Virus record (IMG/VR): IMGVR_UViG_3300025890_000018 | Strand: one strand, 5' to 3' | Length of the DNA stretch: 64,000 bases | Source of the DNA: a virus | The notes under the pieces: generated by a model | Databases searched by the model: none | Told to the model about the DNA's origin: nothing | What the model saw: only the letters and a program-made list of their open reading frames with translations | Made by a program: the position numbers and the translations under genes | In this document: positions 34,290 through 42,589 of the stretch, in pieces | How the letters are laid out: the number at the start of each line of letters is the position of its first letter | How positions within the stretch are numbered: the stretch's first letter is position 1

Positions 34290-34635
34290 AGTAGAAGCGC
34301 AAGAAGCTGAGAATGCAGTTTCAGAACCTAATGAGTATATTAAAGATTTAATTGCTAATGCATTAGAACAAGATTATAACGGTGCCAATAAGATCTTTGG
34401 TGATGTCATGACAGTTAGGCAAAATGATTTATTAGATCAAGAAAAAATTAAATTGGCTGATCAACTTTTCAACGGAGCAGAAGAAGATGACGATGCTGAT
34501 GAAGATGACGAGTTGGGGGATGAGGATGACGATCAGCTCGAACTTGAGCTTGACTCAGAAGATGGCGATGAAGAGGAAGATGATGAAGAAGAATCTGATG
34601 ATGAAGCCGCCGAAGATGATCAAGAAGAAGTATAA
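34276..34635 (+). CDS. Prohead core-position protein with an extremely acidic C-terminal tail
   Basis: It occupies the T4 gp67/gp68 position between portal and protease. The last roughly 55 aa are almost entirely D/E ('EEDDDADEDDELGDEDDDQLELELDSEDGDEEEDDEEESDDE'). Confidence 0.55.
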   Translation: MTVSEVEAQEAENAVSEPNEYIKDLIANALEQDYNGANKIFGDVMTVRQNDLLDQEKIKLADQLFNGAEEDDDADEDDELGDEDDDQLELELDSEDGDEEEDDEEESDDEAAEDDQEEV

Positions 34636-34661
34636 TTCTTTTAAGTAAAAAGTAATAAAAG

Positions 34662-34669
34662 TATAAATA
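34662..34669 (+). promoter_or_regulatory. T4-type late promoter box
   Basis: TATAAATA about 19 nt upstream of ATG 34688. Confidence 0.45.
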
Positions 34670-34687
34670 AAGCTAAAGGATTGTAAA

Positions 34688-34903
34688 ATGTTAACATTTA
34701 CTCAACTAAGAGAAAAGATGGAGAAGGGCATGCCGCCTGGTGAACATGTTTTCGATAAAAAAGTTGATGGTAAAGAACTTATGATCCATAAAGAAAAAGG
34801 CAAATTTTGTACGTACATAGATAGGGAAAAACTAGATACGTATCCTACTTTAGGTATGGCAAAGAAAGCCGGAACTGAATTTATAAAGGCAGCAAATAAA
34901 TGA
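34688..34903 (+). CDS. Small prohead core-position protein with a CTS-like N-terminus
   Basis: The N-terminus is MLTFTQLREK. ATGA overlap with the protease gene. It occupies the gp68 position. Confidence 0.55.
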   Translation: MLTFTQLREKMEKGMPPGEHVFDKKVDGKELMIHKEKGKFCTYIDREKLDTYPTLGMAKKAGTEFIKAANK

Positions 34904-35550
34904 AACTGATTGCAGAATATACAGATCAAAGTTTAGAGATTCTCACTGAAGAAAAAGAAGGTGGTGGGAAGAGCTATTCTATTGAAGGCGTGTTCATGCA
35001 AGCAGAACAAAAGAATCGTAACGGTCGAATATATCCAAAGCCTATCATGGAAAAAGCACTCGGTAAATATAATACTGAGCAAGTTTCAAAAGGTAGAGCA
35101 GTCGGTGAATTGAACCACCCTGAAGGACCGACCGTTAATTTAGACAAAGTTTCTCACAAGATCGAATCCCTTGATTGGAAGGGTAATGATGTTGTGGGCA
35201 AGGCGACTATTTTGGAAACTCCTATGGGACAAATTGTAAAAGGTTTGCTCGATGGTGGTGTCAGATTAGGCGTTTCAACTCGTGGTATGGGAAGCTTGCA
35301 GAACAATGGTAACGCAATGGTCGTCAAAGACGACTTTATTCTTAATGCGGTAGACATCGTTCAAGATCCATCTGCACCTAGCGCATTTGTTAATGGAGTT
35401 ATGGAAGGTGTTGAATGGGTTTGGAATAACGGAATCATTGAACCACAAGCAATTGAAATAATGGAGACTGAAATTAAGAAAGCTCCTCGTGCGGATCTCT
35501 ATGAGACACAAGTTCGTGAGTTTAAGAATTTCCTCTCGTTGCTCAAATAA
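34900..35550 (+). CDS. gp21: Prohead core protease, T4 gp21-like
   Basis: 'NRNGRIYPKPIMEKAL...GELNHPEGPTVNLDKVSH' is the gp21-family signature as I recall it. It lies between the core proteins and the scaffold gene. Confidence 0.8.
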   Translation: MKLIAEYTDQSLEILTEEKEGGGKSYSIEGVFMQAEQKNRNGRIYPKPIMEKALGKYNTEQVSKGRAVGELNHPEGPTVNLDKVSHKIESLDWKGNDVVGKATILETPMGQIVKGLLDGGVRLGVSTRGMGSLQNNGNAMVVKDDFILNAVDIVQDPSAPSAFVNGVMEGVEWVWNNGIIEPQAIEIMETEIKKAPRADLYETQVREFKNFLSLLK

Positions 35551-35568
35551 TAAATAAAGGAGTCAATT

Positions 35569-36624
35569 ATGACTGAAGATCAAAATCAAGATCAAGAGAT
35601 TGACCTCCATGATGACAACGAAGTCGTGGAAGCAGCAACTCACGATCCGAAAAATGCTGAGGCTCAGTCTGTAGCATCTGTTGATAAAGCAGGTGAAGCT
35701 ACAGGTAAAGCGCCAACGCGTAAAGGTGATCAAACAAAACAAGATCCAATGATCAAAACTAAAGCAGGACTAATTACTGCTATGGTTGGAAAAATGCAAA
35801 AAATGGGCAAGACTGATTTACAGGCAATGTACCATAAAGACGACTTTGATGTAGAGAATTTTGAAGGTGAAGCAATTGCTGAATCTCCAGAGCTCGATTA
35901 TCAAGTTGATTTTTCTGAGGATCTAAACGCACTCGTCGAATCAGAGGCAACTCTGTCAGATGAATTCAAGGCAAAAGCAGAGACAATCTTTGAAGCAGCT
36001 ATCAAGTCTAAGCTATCTGAAGAGATCGATCGCCTTGAAGAGAAGTACAACGAAGAGTTGGCAGAAGAAGTAGAATCTACTAAAGCTGACCTAGTTGAAA
36101 AAGTCGACAATTATCTTAACTACGTAGTTGAGAGCTGGATGGAAGAGAATAAGCTTGCAGTCCAGTCAGGCCTAAGAACAGAAATTGCTGAGAACTTCAT
36201 GTCAAGTCTGAAAGATTTGTTTGAAGAGTCTTACATTGAAGTTCCGGAAGCTAAGGTTGACTTAGTTGACGAAATGGCAGATCAAGTATCAGAACTCGAA
36301 GAGTCACTAAATGATACAACTGCTAAAAACATTGAGATGATGGGAGTACTCGAAGAGCTAATGCGGGAAAAAATTATCCGTGAAGCATCTGAAGGTCTTG
36401 CAGAAACTCAAGTTGAAAAACTAAAGTCACTGGTAAGTGATATCGATTTTGATTCAGAAGAAACTTTCGCTGAGAAAGTAGAGACTGTTAAAGAATCATA
36501 CTTTACCAAAAAAGTTACTGAAACAGCTTCTATCGAAGAAGATGTGTCGGATGACGATGGTGTTCAAGTAGCATCGGGTTCTATGGCTCAGTATCTAACA
36601 GCAATCCAAAAAACAAATAAATAA
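35569..36624 (+). CDS. gp22: Prohead scaffolding core protein, T4 gp22-like
   Basis: Acidic, helical, E/K/L-rich 351-aa protein directly upstream of the major capsid gene. Confidence 0.7.
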   Translation: MTEDQNQDQEIDLHDDNEVVEAATHDPKNAEAQSVASVDKAGEATGKAPTRKGDQTKQDPMIKTKAGLITAMVGKMQKMGKTDLQAMYHKDDFDVENFEGEAIAESPELDYQVDFSEDLNALVESEATLSDEFKAKAETIFEAAIKSKLSEEIDRLEEKYNEELAEEVESTKADLVEKVDNYLNYVVESWMEENKLAVQSGLRTEIAENFMSSLKDLFEESYIEVPEAKVDLVDEMADQVSELEESLNDTTAKNIEMMGVLEELMREKIIREASEGLAETQVEKLKSLVSDIDFDSEETFAEKVETVKESYFTKKVTETASIEEDVSDDDGVQVASGSMAQYLTAIQKTNK

Positions 36625-36642
36625 TTTGGGAGTCCAAAAAAA

Positions 36643-37980
36643 ATGCAAACCGTATCATACGATCGACTGATCGAAAAATGGGCACCGGTACTGAACGAAG
36701 AGTCTGCCGGCACTATTAAAGATCATCACCGGAAAGCAGTTACTGCTGCTATTCTAGAAAACCAAGAGCGTGCATTCGCAGAAGAAGCGGCCCAAGGCCA
36801 ATTCATGACAGAAGCAGCTCCAACAAACAACACAGGCAATGCTGCTAACTGGAATCCAGTTCTTATTGCCCTTGTCCGCCGTGCAATGCCAAACCTTATG
36901 GCATATGACATGTGTGGAGTCCAGCCAATGTCCGGACCAACAGGCTTGATCTTCGCAATGAAGTCAACCTTTGAAAAGACAAAAGCAGGTGTATCAGACG
37001 GTGCAGAAGCACTCTTCAACGAAGCACCAATTGGCTTCTCCGGAGATTCTGCAACAACTGCAAACGGTTCATCCTCTGGTTTGGCTGATTCTTCATCTTC
37101 TGGTGTAGGATCAATTGATGATGAGCGTACTGATCCTATATCAGCTAATGATCCATACTCAACAGCCGAAGCTGAAGCTTTGGGTGACGGTGTTGGTGAG
37201 AGCTTTGCTGAAATGGGTTTCACCATCGAAAAAGCAACTGTGACTGCCAAGTCACGGGCACTGAAAGCAGAATATAGCTTGGAACTTGCTCAGGATCTTA
37301 AAGCCATTCATGGCCTCGATGCTGAAACAGAACTTGCTAACATTCTGTCAACTGAGATCATGGCTGAAATTAACCGTGAAGTTATTCGCACAGTTAACTC
37401 ACAAGCTAAGACAGGTGCACTAACTGCTAACACAGCAATTAACGGTATCTTCAACCTCTCAACAGATGCAGACGGTCGTTGGTCAGTGGAGAAATTCAAA
37501 GGCCTGATCGTACAAATCGAGCGTGAAGCTAACACAATTGCTAAAGAAACACGTCGGGGTAAAGGTAACTTTATGATCTGTTCATCAGATGTTGCTTCTG
37601 CTCTCTCAGCTTCTGGCATGCTTGACTATACTCCAGCAATGTCAACCAACTTGCAAGTAGATGATACTGGCAATACTTTTGCTGGTGTTATGAATGGTCG
37701 CACACGGGTCTACATTGATCCATATGCAACTCAGGACTATGTCAATGTTGGTTATAAGGGAACTAACCCTTATGATGCAGGTCTCTTCTATTGCCCATAC
37801 GTACCACTAACAATGGTCCGTGCAGTAGGTGAGCAAAGCTTCCAGCCAAAAATTGGATTTAAGACACGTTACGGTATGGTATCAAACCCATTCGTAGGTG
37901 CTGCTCCAGCTAATGGCCTAGCTACTGCTAAGACTAACCAATACTACCGGATCTTCCGTGTAGACAATATTCTTGCATAA
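36643..37980 (+). CDS. gp23: Major capsid protein, T4 gp23-like
   Basis: 'LIEKWAPVLNEE' and 'VRRAMPNLMAYDMCGVQPMSGPTGLIFAMK' are hallmark gp23 blocks. Confidence 0.9.
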   Translation: MQTVSYDRLIEKWAPVLNEESAGTIKDHHRKAVTAAILENQERAFAEEAAQGQFMTEAAPTNNTGNAANWNPVLIALVRRAMPNLMAYDMCGVQPMSGPTGLIFAMKSTFEKTKAGVSDGAEALFNEAPIGFSGDSATTANGSSSGLADSSSSGVGSIDDERTDPISANDPYSTAEAEALGDGVGESFAEMGFTIEKATVTAKSRALKAEYSLELAQDLKAIHGLDAETELANILSTEIMAEINREVIRTVNSQAKTGALTANTAINGIFNLSTDADGRWSVEKFKGLIVQIEREANTIAKETRRGKGNFMICSSDVASALSASGMLDYTPAMSTNLQVDDTGNTFAGVMNGRTRVYIDPYATQDYVNVGYKGTNPYDAGLFYCPYVPLTMVRAVGEQSFQPKIGFKTRYGMVSNPFVGAAPANGLATAKTNQYYRIFRVDNILA

Positions 37981-38005
37981 AGAATAAAAAAATAGAATAC
38001 AAACT

Positions 38006-38031
38006 GGACCGGCGAAAGCCGGTCCTTTTTT
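38006..38031 (+). terminator. Rho-independent terminator after the major capsid gene
   Basis: Stem GGACCGGC/GCCGGTCC with a GAAA tetraloop, then T6. Confidence 0.85.
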
Positions 38032-38062
38032 ATAGGTATCCTCCCTCTCCAAACCACAGTTT

Positions 38063-38091
38063 ATTATACCATAGTTTGTTGAGTTTGTAAA
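38063..38091 (-). promoter_or_regulatory. Minus-strand sigma70-type promoter pointing into the capsid gene 3' end
   Basis: The minus strand reads TTTACA (38091..38086), 17-nt spacer, TGgTATAAT (TATAAT at 38068..38063). The architecture matches the + strand early cassettes. Confidence 0.5.
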
Positions 38092-38101
38092 GGAAAAAAC
38101 A

Positions 38102-38109
38102 TATAAATA
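38102..38109 (+). promoter_or_regulatory. T4-type late promoter box
   Basis: TATAAATA 6 nt upstream of ATG 38115, close enough to give a very short leader. Confidence 0.45.
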
Positions 38110-38114
38110 AGAGT

Positions 38115-38624
38115 ATGGCAACACTAACTGAAAATTTTAATTACCTACAACCGACTAGCTTTAAGCTGGTTATTGATAGACGTAATTTTCCTAACCTTGA
38201 ATTCTTTTGTCAAAATATTACACATCCCGGAATGATATTCAATCCTGTTGAACTTCCATATTCTCGAATTGCAGGTGTACCACTTCCGGGTGATGCACTT
38301 ACTTTTAACGAGCTAGCATGTAATATTATATTGGATGAAGATCTTAAAGGCTATGATGAGATGTATCAATGGATACGTAGATTACTTGAAACACCGATGA
38401 CAAAGCGCACAGCATTTCAAGCATCTGCTGGCCAACCTGGGACTTATGCCGATATTACTTTATCAATTTTATCGAGTCATAATAATCAGACAAAGCGAGT
38501 AAGGTATGTTGATTGTGTACCTACATCATTAGGTGACATTGCATTCGAATCAACTGCAAGTGGAAACGAATTTATTACCTTTGCCGCATCATTTAGATTT
38601 AACTATTTTGAATTAACTAAGTAA
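38115..38624 (+). CDS. Tail-tube-fold paralog (gp19/gp48/gp54-family-like)
   Basis: 'TSFKLVIDRRNFPNLEFFCQNITHPGMIFNPVELPYSRIAGVPLPGDALTF' aligns by eye with tube protein 32135 ('NLFKVTINYPG...LTSFLCEAASLPGSTFGIIPVAFRGRILKMAGDRTF'). Confidence 0.55.
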   Translation: MATLTENFNYLQPTSFKLVIDRRNFPNLEFFCQNITHPGMIFNPVELPYSRIAGVPLPGDALTFNELACNIILDEDLKGYDEMYQWIRRLLETPMTKRTAFQASAGQPGTYADITLSILSSHNNQTKRVRYVDCVPTSLGDIAFESTASGNEFITFAASFRFNYFELTK

Positions 38625-38633
38625 GGACCCACT

Positions 38634-38930
38634 ATGGCAGAAACAAAAGCGAGGAATATAAACAAATCATTTAGTCCTACTGGAGGAATAGAACACAGTT
38701 CTATTCAAAATGATGCTGGAGCTCCAGCCTTACCAGCAGGAAAAGTTTTAGATTCCGCAGGTGTTATTGCACTAGCAGCTCACGTAGAAGCAGGCATTTT
38801 TAGAGTTAATCCACAATCTATATCTGTAAATCATACAATTGATAGCGCTGATAACGCAATGTCGGCTGGACCAATTAGTATAGATAGTGGTGTAACAATA
38901 ACAATTAATGGAAATTGGAGTGTTGTATAA
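38634..38930 (+). CDS. Hypothetical structural-region protein
   Basis: A 98-aa ORF whose stop overlaps the next start (TAATG). Confidence 0.5.
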   Translation: MAETKARNINKSFSPTGGIEHSSIQNDAGAPALPAGKVLDSAGVIALAAHVEAGIFRVNPQSISVNHTIDSADNAMSAGPISIDSGVTITINGNWSVV

Positions 38931-39424
38931 TGGCTTCAATATTAAATGTAGATCAGATTAATGAAGCTACCGCCGCCGGCGGTGTGCAGATTCCGGGTCA
39001 TGTAATTCAAGTTGTAAATGTTGCTTATAACACAGGTGTTACTCTAAGTGCCGCTGGTAGCGCAGTTGAAACAGGCTTGGCCGCTACAATAACTCCCAAA
39101 TCTAATACGAGTAAAATTCTAGTTTTAGCTAACCAAAACATCCAAGTTGGTGGGGCGAGTTATGCTCAAATAGTTTTGAGAAAAGGCACAATAGCAAGCA
39201 ATACAATTTTAGCAATTATGTCTTCCCCAGAGGGTTATACTAACTCAACAGACACTGAGGTTAACACAATTCCAATGTGCTATGAAGATAGCCCAGCAAC
39301 AACCTCTGCAACCAGATACTTTTGTTCAATGGAGCTATTATTGGCTGGCAGTGCAATGTACGCTCAAACTTCCACTGGTGGTACTTCGGTTAGCACAATG
39401 ACCTTAATGGAGATTGCACAATGA
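38930..39424 (+). CDS. Small fibre/collar-like structural paralog A
   Basis: MASILNVDQINEATAAGGVQIPGHVIQVV...TLMEIAQ. Both ends are shared with 39421..39885. ATG 38930 is preferred to 38915. Confidence 0.55.
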   Translation: MASILNVDQINEATAAGGVQIPGHVIQVVNVAYNTGVTLSAAGSAVETGLAATITPKSNTSKILVLANQNIQVGGASYAQIVLRKGTIASNTILAIMSSPEGYTNSTDTEVNTIPMCYEDSPATTSATRYFCSMELLLAGSAMYAQTSTGGTSVSTMTLMEIAQ

Positions 39425-39885
39425 GTAAGCTTTTTGTAAATGACATTATTGAGAAGACCACCGGCAACGGTGTGCAGATTCCGGGTCATGTGGTTCAGGT
39501 TGTAAGCAATTTTACCACTGCTAATATATCAACAACCAGCACCAGTTTTGTATCTACTGGGCTTTCAGCAAGCATTACTCCATCATCTACGTCTAGCAAA
39601 GTCTTTGTAATTGTAAGCTCACCTAGCTGGTATTGTGACAACAATAACGCATATGCAACAGTTTTTAGAGATACTACTAATATTGGCAACGGCGATTACG
39701 GTTTAATGCAGGTTTATGTTGGTGCAGCATATGCACCATCAACAACTCAAGTTATGGATTCGCCTTCTAGCACATCCTCTTTGACTTATACGGTTCACCA
39801 TCGTGTACGCGTAGGTGGTTCATCGTACATTTCGTATTCTACTTACGGACATTTCACAATAACCCTTATGGAGATTGCCCAATGA
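39421..39885 (+). CDS. Small fibre/collar-like structural paralog B
   Basis: MSKLFVNDIIEKTTGNGVQIPGHVVQVV...TLMEIAQ. ATGA overlaps on both sides. Confidence 0.55.
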   Translation: MSKLFVNDIIEKTTGNGVQIPGHVVQVVSNFTTANISTTSTSFVSTGLSASITPSSTSSKVFVIVSSPSWYCDNNNAYATVFRDTTNIGNGDYGLMQVYVGAAYAPSTTQVMDSPSSTSSLTYTVHHRVRVGGSSYISYSTYGHFTITLMEIAQ

Positions 39886-40388
39886 CAAGTATTCTAAAGG
39901 TCAATCAAATCCAGAACACGGCGGGTACTACTGCACTGACTGTTGATACCAGTGGTAGAGTTGCTATGCCAAATAGAATTGCTTTTACTGCGGGATATAA
40001 CACTACCAGCGGTAATTACATAGCTCTTGTTACTTCATTGGGTCTTGCTGGCTGTGTTCCGTTTAATTTTGTAACTCAAGGAGGCACTAACGGAGTTTAT
40101 CCTAATTGGAGCAACACAACACATGCTTTTACAGTTCCGGTTGCAGGAATGTATTTAGTATCCGCGTGGGGATTGTGGGAAACGAATCAAGATGGCGAAC
40201 TTAGAATAGCTAAAAATCAAAACATTGTCAGTCAAGCTAGATTTTATGCAGTGGCCGATAGAGGAGTAAGCGGCACTGTTATTTTACAGTTAGCAGTAAA
40301 TGATGTAATTCAATTGTCGGCAAATCAAAACTTATATTTAGATTACGATAACGTGTATAGCGGCATGTCGATAGCATTCTTAGGATAG
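39882..40388 (+). CDS. Small fibre-like protein with a C1q/TNF-like jelly-roll domain
   Basis: Related N-terminus (MTSILKVNQIQNTAG). 'HAFTVPVAGMYLVSAWG...LQLAVNDVIQL...YSGMSIAFLG' fits the C1q-domain pattern (F-T-x-P-x-x-G-x-Y...L-x-x-G-D-x-V...F-S-G-x-L). Confidence 0.5.
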   Translation: MTSILKVNQIQNTAGTTALTVDTSGRVAMPNRIAFTAGYNTTSGNYIALVTSLGLAGCVPFNFVTQGGTNGVYPNWSNTTHAFTVPVAGMYLVSAWGLWETNQDGELRIAKNQNIVSQARFYAVADRGVSGTVILQLAVNDVIQLSANQNLYLDYDNVYSGMSIAFLG

Positions 40389-40399
40389 GAGTAAACAAA

Positions 40400-40783
40400 A
40401 TGAGTATATCAGAAGCACTAACAGAGCTAGGCATCACCGAATGGGTGCTTAGAGGTGAGCCAACAACAGAGGCCGAATTTGGCCAGATGTTCCGTAAAGT
40501 TACGGGCGCTGATTCTAATGGCTCGGCTATCGAAAGCAACAATCCATCTGACTGGGGTACAACTTGGTCGGCGGTCAAAGCAAAATCTGATGAGCTAAAT
40601 GCAGCAGAGCCTATGAAGCTACTTCGTGCAGAGCGTGATAAACGCCTTGCAGAAGTAGACTGGTGGGCTTCAAGCGACCTTACAATGAATTCAGCTCGTA
40701 CAACTTATCGTCAAGCACTGCGTGACATTACTAGTAGTGCAACTAGCTTAGACGATGTAACTTGGCCTACGAAGCCGGCATAA
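40400..40783 (+). CDS. Tail fibre assembly/chaperone-like protein
   Basis: 'LRAERDKRLAEVDWWASSDLTMNSARTTYRQALRDIT...VTWPTKP' resembles the C-terminal motif of phage tail fibre assembly proteins. Confidence 0.5.
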   Translation: MSISEALTELGITEWVLRGEPTTEAEFGQMFRKVTGADSNGSAIESNNPSDWGTTWSAVKAKSDELNAAEPMKLLRAERDKRLAEVDWWASSDLTMNSARTTYRQALRDITSSATSLDDVTWPTKPA

Positions 40784-40802
40784 GAAAACTAAGGAAGATA
40801 TA

Positions 40803-42548
40803 ATGAGTAGAGTACGAGACATAACGAAATTCTTAGAAGAAACACGTAAGACTAATACTAATTTAAAAGCCTTACGTCCTTCTACTACTTCAGTTATTGA
40901 TTCAGCTGCAGTTCTTGTAATGAAGTCTGCATCTGGAATGTCAGTGTTTTCTACACTTGATTCATTACCGGTGACAAGTTTAACTACCGGCCAACAAGCA
41001 TATGTAACTGAAAACTCAAGAATATACATTTCAAATGGTAATGGTTGGTATAACGTAGCAGTAGTTAATGCCACACCAGCATTAACACTAAGTGCATCAG
41101 GAACAATTGCTTTAACTGCTGGATCAGCTACAACTATTACAATGACAGCTACAGATTCAGATAACGCCGATGCAAACTTAGCTTTAACACTTGAATCTGG
41201 TGGAGACTTGTTTAAATTTGCTACGGTATCTCAGGATTCTTCAGTTGTAACTATTACGCCAAGAACTGCAGATTCCGCAACAGCACTAGGATCTGATGGA
41301 TCTGCCACATTGACATTTAAAGCAAGTGACGGTGTTAACCAAGCCACAGTACAAAATACTTTCACAATATCATTTGGTCCAGATTGGTCGGCTACTCCTA
41401 CTGAAACTAAAATAACCGCTTCTGACGCAGCCGCAAATGATAGATTTGCAAGAAGTTTAGCAATCAGCGGTGATGGATCTTATGCAATTTCTGGAGCAAT
41501 ATACGAATCGGCCGGCGGTTCCAATGCTGGCGCAGCTTATATTTTTGTAAAATCTGGTGGAAGTTGGTCTCAACAGCAAAAAATAGTAGCATCTGATGCA
41601 GCAACAGAACAGTGGTTTGGCCAGTCAGTCGCGATAAATTCTGATGGTACATATGCTGTTGTTGGTGCGTTTAAGCACGATCTTTATGGAACAGATGCTG
41701 GAGCGGCATATGTATTTACAAGATCCGGATCAACTTGGACACAACAACAAAGAATAGTAGGATCAACTGCTACTGCTTCTGATAATTTTGGTGCATCTGT
41801 AGCAATTAATAGTGATGGTACTTATATTGCAGTTGGCGCACAAACAGAAAATTCTGTTTTTATATTTACACGATCAGGTTCTACTTGGTCAGAACAAGCG
41901 AAATGCCAATCATCAGATGGACCATATAATACGGCGTTTGGTTTAACAGTAGAAATTAATAGTGATGGTACTTATTTTATTACCGGCGATTCGAATAAAT
42001 CCGGCGGTGGGTCGGCTTATGTCTTTACAAGATCAGGCACCAGTTGGTCACAACAAGCTAAATTAGTCTCAACAGATCTTCAAGCGTCTGATTATTTTGG
42101 TTATGATGTTTCATTAAATTCTGATGCTACATATGCTGTTGTTGGATCAGCTTTTGAAGACACTGGTCAATCAAATGCAGGTTCTGCATATGTATTTACA
42201 AGATCCGGATCAACTTGGACACAACAAGCAAAAATTCAAGCAAGTGATGTAACAGGAAGCGCTTTTTTTGGTGCTGGTGCATCCATGAATAGTAGCGGCG
42301 ATCATGTTATTATCGGTGCTTCTGGATTAAACAATAGAATTGGGTCTGTGTATATTTTTGAAAGATCTGGTTCCACTTGGACACAAAAAGTAAAGCTAAG
42401 AGGATCAGATGCCACCACGACTTATTCTGATGGTGGCTCTACAAACGTGTCAATCACTAGTGATGGAAGCAGTGTTATTTACGGTCATTACTACCAAACA
42501 GTGAGTAGTACTGCCGGTGTTGGCGCTGCATACATTTTCGAAGTTTGA
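40803..42548 (+). CDS. Fibre/receptor-binding-like structural protein (paralog 3), FG-GAP-type propeller
   Basis: The N-terminus is MSRVRDITKFLEETRKTN. Its N-terminal module is very similar at the DNA level to 21943..23697. There are about 7 FG-GAP-like repeats. Confidence 0.65.
   Translation: MSRVRDITKFLEETRKTNTNLKALRPSTTSVIDSAAVLVMKSASGMSVFSTLDSLPVTSLTTGQQAYVTENSRIYISNGNGWYNVAVVNATPALTLSASGTIALTAGSATTITMTATDSDNADANLALTLESGGDLFKFATVSQDSSVVTITPRTADSATALGSDGSATLTFKASDGVNQATVQNTFTISFGPDWSATPTETKITASDAAANDRFARSLAISGDGSYAISGAIYESAGGSNAGAAYIFVKSGGSWSQQQKIVASDAATEQWFGQSVAINSDGTYAVVGAFKHDLYGTDAGAAYVFTRSGSTWTQQQRIVGSTATASDNFGASVAINSDGTYIAVGAQTENSVFIFTRSGSTWSEQAKCQSSDGPYNTAFGLTVEINSDGTYFITGDSNKSGGGSAYVFTRSGTSWSQQAKLVSTDLQASDYFGYDVSLNSDATYAVVGSAFEDTGQSNAGSAYVFTRSGSTWTQQAKIQASDVTGSAFFGAGASMNSSGDHVIIGASGLNNRIGSVYIFERSGSTWTQKVKLRGSDATTTYSDGGSTNVSITSDGSSVIYGHYYQTVSSTAGVGAAYIFEV
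41067..41410 (+). repeat. Paralogous DNA block shared with 22168..22511
   Basis: See the partner entry. Weaker copies lie in 23.9-24.3 kb and 42.8-43.1 kb. Confidence 0.8.
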
Positions 42549-42564
42549 TAACTAAACAAGGAAG

Positions 42565-42572
42565 TATAAATA
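42565..42572 (+). promoter_or_regulatory. T4-type late promoter box
   Basis: TATAAATA about 18 nt upstream of ATG 42590. Confidence 0.45.
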
Positions 42573-42589
42573 GGTAAAAAGGAAAAGGC

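Noticed and set aside
36726-37619. Long antisense ORFs inside the major capsid gene (174 aa and 103 aa on the minus strand). Similar ones occur inside the fibre genes (42754..43224), the ligase-like gene (12283..12696) and the spanin gene (46589..46891).
   Set aside because: They are embedded opposite confidently identified genes and are rich in Ala/Ser/Pro from reverse-complemented codon bias. They have no RBS or motifs, so they are typical shadow ORFs.
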